A stretch of 64,000 nucleotides of DNA from Podarcis tiliguerta (lineage: Eukaryota). Positions 12,720 to 64,000 of this stretch are shown here, piece after piece (the stretch's first letter is position 1; the number at the start of each line of letters is the position of its first letter). The position numbers and the translations under genes are program-made. The stretch is taken from assembly GCA_965153285.1 (NCBI GenBank), contig OZ229116.1; one strand, 5' to 3'. Under the pieces are notes generated by a model. The model was given only the letters and a program-made list of their open reading frames with translations, ran no database searches and had not been told where the DNA came from.

Positions 12720-14759
12720 AACATCAACAAAACCTACATCTGTGAAGAATTATAAATTTAATTAGAAAAAACCCAAAATTAAAAGATCTCATTAACTAAT
12801 CAGAATTAGACGTTACTGCTTTAAGATACTTAAGTGTCATTTTGGTGTTATTTAAGATGCTAGTAGCTTTGCCATCACAATCCTTTCTTTTTCATTTTAG
12901 AAATACTAAGAGGCAATGTTAGTCAAACATTTTTTAGCCTTTTAAAGCCACTTCCTAAGTAGTAATCATGTGATTTTTCCGAATGTTTTATTTAAAATAT
13001 TGTTGGCCTGATTTCCCTGCGCATGGCATTTGCTCATTGTAGCAATTCTCCCTCCCATTTTTAAAGTATTCTTTCTTGAGTAGATTTTAATTATTGCTGT
13101 AATCTTCCTACTTGTGCAATAATTAATGAGCCATAGAAGACCATATACTTTGTTGGTAAGGCTGTATTAGATGACAGTAGATGCAGACATATTAAAGTAG
13201 CAGTAACTGTGAAACGCTATTCATACATATGTTGCTTTCCAAAAACTGGGCATCCTAAGTGCAGTTACTCACTGCACTGTAATTTCGCATCCTGCATAAA
13301 AAACTGAAAGCATGTAAAGTGTAGCATTTTGTAAATTGTAACTAATTTCACCAACATCTGTGTCTAATTGTTGTCTGCATTTGCATTCTTGAGAGTAGAT
13401 TTATTTTTCCTGTACCACTATGTGGATTCACTTGACCAATCTAAGTAAGGATTAGTAGTTTTAAAGTTATTTTGATTAAAGAATCATTTTTAAATACCAT
13501 AACACACAACACATGGTTTAAATAATCCTTAATAGGAAAAGGACTGTAACTGAAGTATGACGAATGAAAATGAAGGTCTTGGATATGAACTCTCACAGCT
13601 TACAGAATCTTAAAAAGATATGCTAATATCTGCAGCATATGAGATATATATATATACACTAGTAGTTATTTAAAGACAGAGGTAATAGAATATTTTCAGA
13701 ACAATTTTTGTTCATTGAAATTGACAAATTATATTCTACAACATCAGCAAAATAATATACAAAACATTAATACATATTACTAGAAGTTCAATTAAAATTA
13801 TTATATTTAAATGGCCTTCCATATTGTTAATAAGAGATAACTGTAAAGTATGCATCGTTCCCTCCTATAATTTATTAAAGGTGTACAGAAGTACAAGGAG
13901 AGAACATATCCTAAAGCCATTCCACCGCAGTGTCTAGGGTTAAGAGTAAAAAGTTTCCATCTTACACTTGGGTCCTTTGTATTTTCCTTTTTAAAAAATG
14001 TCTTAGCTGTTGCAAATACACATTTCATACTCCACTTTGATTTGGTTTGCTATGGTCTATTAAAAAGCACACTATGCAGCATTTTAAATACCTTTGGTGG
14101 GGGGAGAGTTACAGTTTTCCTATCTGTGTTAGTACATGCTTTTTGCTATTGTGTGTAACATTATATGTTGTCTGGCTGCTTATACGAGTGGTGTACTCCT
14201 GCTAAAGTAGTAATTCTGTCTGTGATTAAAAATAACAAAAACTAGAGGCACACAAGTGAGATTTTCCTGGATGACTTTTATGGCACTTAAAATGCCTCAT
14301 CTTGCTTGTCTTTGTTCTGTGATCATGTAAGAGATGTCAGTTCAGGTTGGGTGGAATTCTGAATTCAGACATTTAGACAATGTATGTCCTTGCTGGGGAA
14401 GTTTTGTTTGTGCTTTCAAGCCAGCAGCCAGTCTTCACCTGGGCTTTATCACCTGCTGGCAGTTGTTAGTGGCTTTTTTGGCGTGTGTGTGTGAGAGTGA
14501 GTGTGGAAACTGGTATCAAAGGCTATTCATTTAAACACAACCTTACACATTTTTTAATAACATGCAACAGCACTGCACTAAACCAGTGAGGGTCTAGATT
14601 TCAAACATTATTGAATCTCTCGCCCACCCTAGTCCAAAGAGTGTACATTCACAGAGAATGCAAAAGAGCAATTCATGACCACAGAGTTCATTTTAGAAAT
14701 ATATTTTTGCGTACTGCTCATATTCATTCATTCTGAAGTGTATGCTCTTCTTTTTTGTT

Positions 14760-15487
14760 TAACTTGATTGTAGGAAGAGGTGCAGATAAGAGGAAGGGGA
14801 ATTTCTGGCCTAGATAAACATAAACATTCGGAAACTTTCAGTCAAATTATAGGAGCATAGCATTGCATTTGACTTTAAATCCTTCAGCGTTGGTTTGCAG
14901 TCTTCAAAGTTGGCTGGAAACTGGACTTGCAAACTTAAATGACGGAGTGGAAGGAGGAGGGAGGGATGAAAACTAACATGATAAGGATAAGAGACTGTCA
15001 AGAGTTAAAGGAGTGGGAGGGTGCTGTGTTTCAGCCAGTGATAACAAAAACTGAAAGATCTTCAGAGGATGCTGGGGGAAAGCATTAGGGAGCTTCTTCC
15101 CTTTGCTAGATATATTTTCTCTGTTAATAGCTACCTTACCCAGGCACCTCTTCCTAAACTACCTTAGCAAGACTGCTTTGCATGTTGATTGGGGGAGGGG
15201 AAATCCAGTGTGCAGCTGTCATAGGCCAGTGATGAATCACTATCCCGTCATTTGGCTGCCTTCCCCATGACATGGGCAAGGGGGGGTGGATAGACCTGCT
15301 GGAGGAAACAACAGTTGAGGCTTCAATTTAAAGACAATATGTCTTTCACTGCAGCAGTAACCCCCTCCTTCTCTTTTGGTTAAAAGACAGCATTACCATC
15401 CCCAGGAAGATTTCTTTGTTTAGTTAGATTAAGACCTGACATGAACGTAGAATAACAGAGGCTTCTATTTGTGTCCCTGGTTTGCAG
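14760..15487 (+). promoter_or_regulatory. Candidate alternative promoter / conserved non-coding block upstream of exon 2
   Basis: Repeat-free, purine-rich, motif-dense stretch (ATTGG/CCAAT at ~15188, G-runs, TGAATCA) directly abutting exon 2; function inferred. Confidence 0.4.
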
Positions 15488-15537
15488 GTGCAAAAATCCC
15501 AAACCAGTTCAGATGTTGCTGTTTCATCCATTTGCAG
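15488..15537 (+). other. EYA1: EYA1 exon 2 (50 nt): 5'UTR in the MEMQ isoform, and carries an alternative ATG at 15513 (MLLFHPFA)
   Basis: TTTGCAG acceptor and CAG|GTAAGG donor; ATG 15513 plus 25 nt splices in frame to VKTEP (34870), like the recalled human isoform starting MLLFPQVAVKTEP. Confidence 0.88.
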
Positions 15538-16930
15538 GTAAGGATAAGATCAAAGTGGCCTTTCTGTAGCGGGAAAAACTACTTAGAATGAAGTTATTTT
15601 ACTCCATGTGAAAGACATATGAATGATATTCAATTGTTGTTCATTTTAAACTGGAGAATATTGTTTCACTGCTTTGAGACGTAATTTAAATATGCACTTT
15701 TAAATAAAGGTTCTAGTCAGCACTAAAATGTTTTATAATTCATGTATACACTTCTGTGTATTTTAAAATTGTTTGGATTTGGTCATGAAAGTAACACCAG
15801 TAGTCTAGCATTTAAAAAGACTCCAACTGGTAATTTTTAAATGGAGCATTATTAGTGAGAAAATTTGTAGTGTAAAAGCAATATAACTGTGGAAAGTAAA
15901 ATACATTTTTATGTTAGAAAATGTGCAATGGAATTCTGTGCACGCTTCCTTGGTAGTAAATTCCACTGAGTTGAGTGGGGTTTACTCTTAAGGAGGTGCA
16001 CAGCTTTGCAACCAAAGTTAAACTGATTTGGGGGACTTCAAGTATACTGTGCAAACTTTTCCTGATAATATTTAATCCAAAAATATTACGAAAGCAAAAT
16101 ATGTTAGCATATTGTAAACTTTGGGCTTAATGCAAACTGATACTTCATTACATAGAAATGAATCAAGTGTTCCAAAACTTTCTTCATGCCGAAGGGCCCT
16201 TATTCTAGAGTGCATGATTTGAACATTGCCCCTTAACTATATTATACAGATCTTCTATTCAGTATAAATCTAATGAAAGTTGAGTATTATAAAAGCTATT
16301 ATGATCAGGAATCGTAAGCACAGTTAAGATACAAGAAAGGCAATATATTCTATAAAATATTGACAATTTGCACTGATTCTGTTCTTGTTTCACTTTAAGT
16401 GACAGTTCAAGTACTGCAAAGTGCTAAGGCATACTAATGCCTGTATGGATTCACTGTATATTGGCCTTATCCCTTTTCAATTGGGCACGCTTTATGTAAT
16501 CCACAAAGCAAACAAGAGAGCAGACATAATAATGTTTTAATGCTGCATTTGTTTCAACGGAAACAGAAGAACAATTAAGTAGTTTGCCAGAGTAAACACA
16601 TACATCAGGAATATCTCATTCCTTGTCAGTTGAGCGTAGGTTCAACTATTGCTTCAAGTGTTTTATTTGGTTTGGAGGCCCATTAAATCGTAATTGGGTG
16701 GTAAATTATATGCAAGCGAACAGTGTGACTGTATTGCACTTGGGATGTACTTTTCAATGCATTTTAATTTTTGTCTCTAATTTTGCGCTTTATAAAAATG
16801 TGTAGACAAGCAGGTATAAATGTATTTTAAATCTGTTAAGGATTGTGTATTATACAGAGCCATTATGAAATGAGTGTATGAAATGACTCAAAAATGTAAG
16901 GCAAACTAAGGAAGTAATGAATGTGAATGA

Positions 16931-55254
<38,324 letters not shown>

Positions 55255-56163
55255 TAGGCTTGTAGAGGGCAATCATAGCTGGCGCAAGGGAGGAAAATAA
55301 CACTGGATCTGCAATGTCACTTCTGGTTCATACCAGCCTTGGCAGAAAATGAGGAGGGTTCCTCCTCACTTTTCACTCCAAGCTGGTGTAGCTGCCAGGC
55401 CCAAAGATCAGACCCTTCAGAGGATCTGGACGGTTTGGGGTCTGCTCCTGACCTGGTGGTTTGCTACCCATAAAAAGTCCAATTTCTGGGCTTTCCACTT
55501 GCTAATGATGGCAGTAGAATTATTGGCAGTAGCTTTCTACTACCTGGATGCAGCTGGAGCCTCCCCAATGCAGCAAAGCCCTACCCTTGGTGACACCTAT
55601 GTGCCATCCTAGTTCTACACACACCAGCCATCAACATTGGAGTGAGGGTTGTTTTCACCTCTCAGAAATGCTTATTTGCTTGAATATGGCAGGGGTACTC
55701 CAATTCACATCAACTCGAACCAGCGTAACCAGTGGTCAGGGATGATAGGAGCTGTAGGCCTACAACATCTTGAAAACAGTATGTTGGATAATCTGGAAAT
55801 ATGCTGCACAAGGGCTACATGAATATATTTGCTCACACAAAATATCAGTTACACAAAATATCAGTTGTAATGTGTTTCACTTCCACATTTAGTAGCTGAA
55901 AACGTTGTTTGGACTGTTGATGGCTACATCTTATTCAGTTATAATTTTGATCAAAGTATGCAAGTTCAAACATCGGAACATAATTGTTTATGCAGATAAT
56001 TGAATATTAAACCTTGCTGCCTTCTTAATGATCACTAGGTGTTTGTCTCTTTCTCAATTGCAACCCTCTGGGAGGAAGTCTGTCTTTCAACCCAAGGAAA
56101 ATCATTAATGTTGAATGATTGGTAGACTCAGCTGCTTATTAAAACGGTGTTTCTGCATAGGAC

Positions 56164-56409
56164 TAGGGCTGGGCGATGTTGGGTCTTCAACGTTGCCGTA
56201 TATTGCTGGTGAAACTGCCGCCGCTTGAGTCCCTCTGCCTCTCTCTCCCAGCTAGTTTGTTTCTCCCTCTGTCCCGCTGGGCACTGGAGGCAGAGGAATT
56301 CAAGAGCAGTGACGGTTTCACCAGTGATATACCGCTGAATGAAGCTGTCATTGTGGTCTGCCCCCACGTACCAGTCCTGGGTGATATATTGATATATTGC
56401 CCAGGCCTA
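56164..56409 (+). mobile_element. hAT-type MITE with an internal inverted repeat
   Basis: TIRs TAGGGCTGGGCGAT / ATTGCCCAGGCCTA; 8-bp TSD CATAGGAC / CATAGTAC (7/8). Confidence 0.85.
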
Positions 56410-57834
56410 CATAGTACATAGAGCTTGTTCCACTTCTTTTCATTAGGCATGCAAGTCTTGTGTGAAGACCAATTCATAGACATTTGTAGTTGATTGTGGT
56501 GGTTGTTTTCAGCTTGTCAGTAGACCTTTCCATTTGAGTAATGAAATGTGAACAGAGAACTAGCTGAATACAGCAGCAGGGACCTCTGTGATCAGAAGGA
56601 TCTCAGCAGTAGAACTATTACATGAACTGGAAAAAGAAAAAGAAAAATGGGAAGTCATTTCAGTTGTCGATGCTGTTACTTTTTGGAACTTTCTGCATAG
56701 ACTTCCAGTAAAGTGCTTGTCTGTTTAATCTTACAATGGGAAAGGCAATTTCTGTTGTTATTATCATAAAAAGAAAAGAATATATTAAAACAGTCAAGTT
56801 TTGCTCCCATCATAATAAAGACAGCTGTTTATTTAAAATCCAACCATTAAACAAGCTTGTGGCAGGGCTGCCAACAGGCATTAATCATCACGTTGTTGTT
56901 TTGTTAGAATTTATAAATGTATGTTATTCCAGACAGGCAAAAGAATCCAAAAGATTCAAATACAACTTTTGCTGATCAAAGTTAATTGGCAGCAATTGGC
57001 CTTTAAATATTTCCTGATGTTTCCTTTTCTAAAAAATCAAGCAAAATACACCTTATTTAATAGATGAGCCAATATCATTTGAAAAATGCTAGTGTGTGAG
57101 GAACCTTAAATGTGGTTTCTCAGACATCTGTCCTATATTTTGATTTCTTTTCATCTGCAAAGAAACTACTCACAGATGAATTGGCAACTTAAGAATGTAA
57201 TAAAATTATTTAAATGTGCTTTATTTTTTCTTTCATTCCATAGTGAAGTATTTATTTCTTCACATTTAAAATGCAAGAATTCATGCATTTGCAAGTGTTT
57301 TCAATAATGCAATTTAATGTTAAAGACATTTATTGTTTTGGTATTGAATGACATGTATTGGATTGTTATTCTTCCAAAAAAGAAAATAACAAGGGTCCTT
57401 ACTTTCCAAGGCTGTATATGTATTTTTGGTTGCATTCAATTTTATGCAAGCTATAAAAAATAGTATCATATCCTAAGCCTACATTCAATAGTTTATAGTG
57501 TTTTCTTTTGTTTTACCCAACCATAAATCTACATGTATACACATGTAAGGCCTTGCAACTACAATTGATGTCAATAGAAATTAACTATAAGTTTAGTGGT
57601 TATGACAAAACGCTGGCAACGTTAACAGAGATTTTTGGAATTTACTTCGTATGCCACACAGGGCTTGTGAGCTGAGTTTCCCCTGAGCAGCAGCTTCTCA
57701 GCTCACACTGTAAGCTACTTTTGAAACATGGTGACATTTCAAAAGCAGCTTCAGCCAGTCCATTTAAGCATGTGAATTTGTGATCTCATTGTACATGCCT
57801 AAAAATATTATGTGCAGTTCTATTGCCGCAAGGA

Positions 57835-58190
57835 TGTTGAACCCAGTATATTGATGTGGAGTGCAGGAAAGTTTCTCCTGCAAGTTCCAAGGATCACCCA
57901 TGCTTTTCAGAGCAGGACTTTTAGTGTGGCTTCCCTTGTTCTGTGGAATAGCATTCCTGTTGAGATACAACAGGTTTCCATTATCTGCACTTTCCAGAAA
58001 CAAGTGGGAACTTTTGTTCTGACAGGCTTTTCGGGCTGGATAAATGGGTCTTTAGCACAAGTTTTGACTTGTTAGGGTTTTAGTCTTGTTTTACATGCAT
58101 TTGCTCTTTATGTGTTTTTAACTGTTTTTAATTGTCTTATGTGTAAATCACCTTGAGACGGTTGTTTAGAAGCTGATTAAGAAATCAATG
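57835..58190 (+). mobile_element. L2 LINE 3' fragment
   Basis: Aligns by eye with 32750-33095 (CTCCTGCAAGTTCCAA.GATC...CTGTGGAATAGCATTCC...TATCTGCACTTTCCA). Confidence 0.75.
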
Positions 58191-60077
58191 GTGGTGATTA
58201 AGAATGATTATGGCAGTGGTAGTGATGATGCTGTTTTCAGTGGCAGTCCCTTGTTTTCATAATATGTGGCTGTGCCTTTAGTAAATTATTCCACTAATAT
58301 TTTATGTTAGTTGTGGCCCTGCAGTATTGTGGTAGAGTGGACATTTATATTCTAGATAATAGTTTTGGAATAGAAACTTTAAAAAGACCAACTGCACAGT
58401 AATTCTCTGAACTATACATTTTCTTTTAACGCTCTAAAGGACAGAAAACAACATTCTTTCAGAAAATATGGAAGATTTTAATGTGCACTGCACTGCAAAA
58501 CCTCACAATAGGTTTCAGGAGGGGGGAGTTTCTAGAAAAGGAATACTAATAGTTACACCTCATGTGATCATTATAAATAGTTGAATAGACAATGTGACCG
58601 TGTTTGAGAAGTATTTGGTGCTTATGAAAAGTATGTGCAGATGTTTTGAACATGAAAACATTTTTTCTGCTTACAAGATTACCTGTGTTTCCGGCTTCTT
58701 GCTGGGTTATGACAACACTCTTTATTAGAGTATTTTGGCACATCTGGTCTCAGGCAGAACCAGGAAGTGTAGAGGCATGAAAAAAAAATGAAAAACAATG
58801 GCAAGGAAGTTATCTGAGCCTTTCAAACCCCTTAAACAGGTTTGTTTCCACTCTGCATTGAGTTCTAGGGAAAGCTTTGCGTCACTTTTGATTTAATCAC
58901 CACTGGATGAACCTTCCTTTAGTTCAGTTTAGTGATGGATTTAACTGTGTGTCCTCCCTGCCCCCTGCCACCCACTGTTCTACTCTGGAGACAGACCAGT
59001 TGTAAGGTCATATAAGTTTCTTTCTTTATAGATCAAAGTAGACACTGAGCAACAATGAATAAACACCCCGGCTGCTGGGGTGTTTTCAGCATCAGCTTAT
59101 TAGGCTGCCTGAAAGCACTGAATTATGTATGGGCTAGCAATACAATATATCTGACCTTTTGGTTTGTCAATTGTATTGTGTAAGAGCAGCATCCATATAC
59201 ATATAAGTTGGCTTCAGCTAGGAGAATTTGTTGCCTGCACTGGTCATTTCTCACTGGTCTGGCATGACCTGAAATGCTTCCTTGCAACTAATTCTTCCCA
59301 CCCTGCAATGTTTTTCGTTTTCCTCCAACCCACCCTTCCTGCCTGCCTTCCCTCTCACCTGGTATGTTGTAAACTCTGTTTTTAACTTGAGGGAGCTTCA
59401 CAGATTGCTTGTTATGTGGCCTGGGGGTTTGCAGAGATAGCATTTAGGATAAAAGCAAACCTCTTGGGCATAAACACCAACACTCTCAGTGAGTGACAAT
59501 GAATTTATATGAATAGATGTTTTCTTAATTTCTTAATTTTCTCTCTCGGAATGTCTACGCCTCTGGAATAATATCCTAAACAGTGTGGTCATGGTGCATT
59601 AGCAGGAATACAATTTTCACTCTTTTCATCTATATGGTGTGTTTGTTATATCTTAGGTTTTTTCATCAGAAAAAATAACACTGAGTACTGAGCTTTGCAT
59701 TTTGGAGTATGATGGAGCAGACAAATCTGTACAATCTCTTGGCAGCAGCGAGGCATTTTCTAGTGCAGCTGCTGAGAAGCACAGATCACGTCCTCCAAAT
59801 TCAAATACTTTCTCATGTGTATAGTTTTCCTTTTGCATAATATGACTCTACCTCTCAAAACAACTTACTTACCCACCTGTCTTCATATCCATATTATACA
59901 TTTTCCATGATACTCATTTCCCAACACGCTGAGCATTCTGTTGTAAACACCAGTGCTATTCCATGTTCCTGTTTAGCTGAATTTCTAATTATCCAGATAA
60001 GGTGTCATTTACAAACCATTTATCACCAAGTGTACTAGAAAGTAAGCCCCATTGTTTTCAGTGGGATTTGCTTCCAA

Positions 60078-60416
60078 GTGGCGCTGTGGGTTAAACCACA
60101 GAGCCTAGGACTTGCTGATCAGAAGGTCGGTGGTTCCTGCGACGGGGTGAGCTCCCGTTGCTCGGTCCCTGCTCCTGCCAACCTAGCAGTTCGAAAGCAC
60201 GAAGTGCAAGTAGATAAATAGGTACCGCTCCGGCGGGAAGTTAAACGGCATTTCCGTGTGCTGCTCTGGTTTGCCAGAAGCGGATTAGTCATGCTGGCCA
60301 CATGACCCGGAAGCTGTACACCGGCTCCCTCGGCCAATAAAGTGAGATGAGCGCCACAACCCCAGAGTCGGCCATGACTGGACCTAATGGTCAGGGGTCC
60401 CTTTACCTTTACCTTT
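60078..60416 (+). mobile_element. Sauria SINE (Squam1 type)
   Basis: tRNA-like head GTGGCGCTGTGGGTTAAACC...GGTTC, body CCTGCCAACCTAGCAGTTCGAAAGCAC, (ACCTTT)n tail. Confidence 0.92.
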
Positions 60417-61094
60417 AAGTTTTCTTAGAACAGCAATCTTCAGCCATTTGACAAATCTGATTGCTCAGTAGTGGTTTACACTGCTACTTTGTAAACATTT
60501 TGTCTTGGTAATGCTATAACCAGTAGATAGGTTTGAGGAGTTTGTTTGTTTTCTATAAAGGAATAAAATTTACTATTTCATTGTAGAAATGTAATGAAAT
60601 TAATCAAATAAATAAATAAATGATATAGACATACCAATATAACTATATTTTGTTCATCCCTACACACATAAACACATACATCCGCACTGAATTTATACTT
60701 ACTGATACCTGCTAACATACCTATACTGTGCACATTTTTGATGGGGTAATTGAGATAGGTGATTTAAATGTGGCAGAGATATACAAAGCAAAAAAAAAAA
60801 AAAAAGCTGCAATCCTAAATTCACTTATTAGAAAGTAAGCCCCATTAGACAAAGTCAAGCTTGCTTCAGAGAAAACATGCTTAACATGACACTATAAGTT
60901 TCTTATTCCAAGCAAACCTTATTGGAAGTAAATCCTATTTAAATTATTACAACTTGTGAAATAACTTAGGTAGGCTCAGTCTGTAGGATACATACTAGAT
61001 ATTTATTTTTTATGCTATTGATATACTGCTTTTTAACAAAATATTTTCAAAGTAGTTTGTCAGTCTGTGTAAAATAGTTGCTTGGAGCTCCACA

Positions 61095-61248
61095 ATATTT
61101 TTTTTATTCTCTGCAAGAATATCATAGAGTGCTTTGTCAAAGGTCTTGCTGAAATCAAGATACACTATGTCCACAGCATTCCCCTCATCCACCAATCTTC
61201 TAACTCTATCCCCCCCCCCCAAAAAATGAGATTCATCTGGCATGACGT
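61095..61248 (-). mobile_element. CR1 LINE RT fragment
   Basis: Minus-strand peptide LVDEGNAVDIVYLDFSKTFDK. Confidence 0.88.
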
Positions 61249-61332
61249 GTTTTGGGGATTTGTTTTTATTTTATTTTTTGCTACAAACAGGCAGCCCAAG
61301 TTGCCAAATGGTACTAGCAATGAAGAACTATA

Positions 61333-61557
61333 CAGTGATACCTTGGGTTAAGTACTTAACTAGTTCCGGAGGTCCGTTCTTAACCTGAAACTGTTCTTAA
61401 CCTGAAGCACCACTTTAGCTAATGGGGCCTCCTGCTGCCGCCGCGCTGTTCTCATCCTGAAGCAAAGTTCTTAACCCGAGGTACTATTTCTGGGTTAGCA
61501 GAGTCTGTAACCTGAAGTGTATGTAACCTGAAGCATATGTAACCCGAAGTACCACTG
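61333..61557 (+). mobile_element. Tigger/pogo-like MITE
   Basis: TA TSD; TIRs CAGTGATACCTTGGGTTA / TAACCCGAAGTACCACTG (15/18); subterminal TAACCTGAA repeats. Confidence 0.9.
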
Positions 61558-62568
61558 TATTAGCTTAAATGACTAAAATACTAGAGTTCATTTGATAGTG
61601 TATTTCCAGTCATTGTGGTTGCAGAAAGAAGCATGAAAACTTTATTCTCCATTCTTGCCCACAGAAAAATTCTAAACCCTGGCCATAGAGCCGTGGAGCA
61701 ATCGCTGAATTCCAAGAAAGGAGGAGATAATTTTGTCTCTTTTGCTGTACCATCATCCTGCTCTGAAAGGTCCTGTTTTGTGGATTTTCCACAGGCTGTC
61801 ACTGGTGGGAGAACCAGTGGCAGTAGCTTCCTGATCCCATGGATGCAGTGGGGACTTCTGCAGTAGCAGAGGCTAATGGAGCCTGAAAGAGGGTTGCTCC
61901 TACCTTAATCCTAGTCCTTTGTAGCAGCTCATATAAGAGGTTGGGGTTGCACTGCAAGTATCACTACCTGAAGTGCACTGAGCAGGGGGTGGAGAGAAAA
62001 CAAAACTGTGTCCACAGACATATCCTGACTTAAGCCCAGAGCCCAACAAGAGGGAAGAGCTGTTATTAAAACAAAAACAGAGTGAAAAGTGCACAGTTCA
62101 AGCAGATGGACTTTTCAGCAGCTACAGCTGCTGAATTTTATAGTCTTCATACTTGGAATTGGAAGCTAAATGAGGAGCAGCAAGAATTCAAGAGGATTAA
62201 AAGCAAACATGAGATAGGTGTGTGTTTGTGGGAAGGAAGCAAGTGAGGGGGTGGAACAGTCATTACATGTGTTTTGCAGTGACTGTAAGAGGAAGAAGTT
62301 GTGGAGGCTGAAGTGTTCTGCATTACAGAGTAGTTGGGACCTACTACTAGAGAAGTAGAGTAGTAAGCCCTGGAGTGTGGCTATCTACTGCAACATCCCA
62401 TGCTTAGACTGAAAACTGTTCTGGATTGGGCCAAAAGCTCTACCTGCTACATTATCCTGTTTCTATCCTGTAACCTTGCTTGTTAAACAAATCATCTTAA
62501 ACTTATTTGCGCTTTTCTAAACTGGTATACATTCTAACTGAATTTTAAACAGGGAGTCGGATCATTAC

Positions 62569-62600
<32 letters not shown>
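62569..62600. repeat. (GTT)n microsatellite
   Basis: Seen directly. Confidence 0.95.
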
Positions 62601-63479
62601 CAATTCTAGTTTCATCTGTAACTAACACTATTCTGGTTTAGTTGTGATTCTGTAACTGGCAGGTCTGCAGGAACTAGCTGGTTCAGTCTGCAGGAAAAAA
62701 TAAAGGTTTATACCACTTCTTAGTTCAGATTCAGTTTGACATAATGCCCCAAGTTTGTTAAATAAATGTGTCTCCCCTCACTCTCCTTTTTAACTTTACC
62801 TCTCATTTTTGACAAGGGTACTCTTTGAAATTTAATATGACCATATTGGACTCTCTGGGCAACCTTCCATTTCTATATATGTTATGAAAGAATGGGAAAT
62901 GTTGGGCTATTAGGTATTTAAGCGGGAGAGAGTTATTTGCAAAGTTGTCTGAAAACAATAAAGAGGAGTGGTATAATTCAGGCTTCCAGAATGAGCTTTA
63001 GATCCAGGGCCCCCAGAGTCTTCTTCTGTTTCAGGAGTACTACAATAAAACCTCTATGTGAGTTTCATTTAGTTCAGTGATTATTTTGTTCAGTCAGAAA
63101 ACCTAGAAAGAGAATGACAAGAAAGAGAATTCATCCCATGTCTTATCAATCAGGCTTACTTGCTGTAGTCTATAAGTATGGGCTAAAAGAATTTAAAACC
63201 AATTAAGACAGCAAGTCTATGTACGCTATGGCCTTGACAGAATGTTTTAGCTGAATACTGCTTGGGAGTTTTTTAATTAAGAAAAGGGTTACTAACCAAA
63301 ATCTGTTGTTCTAATACATACATATTTTAGTGCTGGTTCTGATAATTCCTGGAAGGATAATTTCAGAAGGTCATGAGGTGAGATAAGCATGTTATCACCT
63401 ATTGACACCCAGAGAGTTTTATCTTGTTTCTCTATGATGATTAACATACATGAACTGCTGGAGGAAATAATCCAAGAAT

Positions 63480-64000
63480 TTGTAATGTGGCATCCCATGC
63501 TATCCTTTCTATTGTCATTTCTGGGTGCTGAAATGTAGAGGTGCTGAACTGCTGTTGGAGGCTGGTAATAGATGGGATGGGAGCAAATAAATTAAAGCTT
63601 AATGCAGACAAGACAAAGGTGGTTAATTGAACTGCTGATCTAGTGATATGAGTTTACTTCTTCTCAATGCACATGCTTGCTGTCTGGTAGTACCTCTGGA
63701 TCCAACTCTGAACCTAGATGACCTTTGTTGAGCTTAGGTTAGTATGCACACTAGAGGAAACAAATCTGGCATGGTGTCAGATGATTTCTTCACATCACAA
63801 TTAGACTACTACAAAGTGTTGTACATGGAACTGCCTTTGAAAGGTGTCTAAAAACCTCTTTAGGTATGCAGTGCTGCACCCAGCCTACTGATTGGAACTG
63901 GTTATCAAGAACATATGACTTCCTTTTTACAACAGCTTTACTTGGTTTAAATTCATTTTTAAGCCCAATCCACAAGGCTGAGTGTGACCTTTCAACCTTT
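63480..64000 (+). mobile_element. L2 LINE ORF2 fragment, decayed
   Basis: TGGATGGGAGCAAATAAATTAAAGCTTAATGCAGACAAGACAAAG (WM.ANKLKLN.DKT) and TTAGACTACTACAA (LDY) motifs. Confidence 0.7.

Noticed and set aside
12191-12755. 179-aa and 128-aa ORFs
   Set aside because: Artefacts of translating through the N gap.
55835-55866. 16-bp direct duplication (similar ones at ~24608, 26822, 43331 and 50773)
   Set aside because: Ordinary slippage duplications with no pattern linking them.

Overview
Vertebrate, AT-rich genomic DNA from a squamate reptile, probably a lacertid lizard (inferred from its Sauria SINE, BovB and MITE content). The window holds the 5' two-thirds of the EYA1 (eyes absent 1) gene on the + strand. 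It has a CpG-island promoter and first exon (~8.75-10.23 kb), a 50-nt second exon and ten canonical coding exons from 17030 to 55203. These join in frame to 1137 nt / 379 codons and include the HAD phosphatase motif WDLDET. The remaining Eya-domain exons lie beyond the window. None of the long ORFs in the supplied track is an independent gene. The introns contain typical squamate repeats (BovB, L2, CR1, Penelope relic, Sauria/Squam SINEs, and hAT, Tc1/mariner-pogo and PIF/Harbinger-like MITEs). The most interesting signals concern EYA1 isoform architecture: an in-frame 63-nt cassette exon resembling an EYA4 exon, a dual-frame exon 2 whose ATG is either an isoform start or an overlapping uORF, and several tandem or weak acceptors. 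A young MITE built from 99-bp palindromic tandem units also stands out. I found no evidence for a wholly new multi-gene system. Comparisons with human EYA1/EYA4 and repeat family names are from recall and need alignment to confirm.
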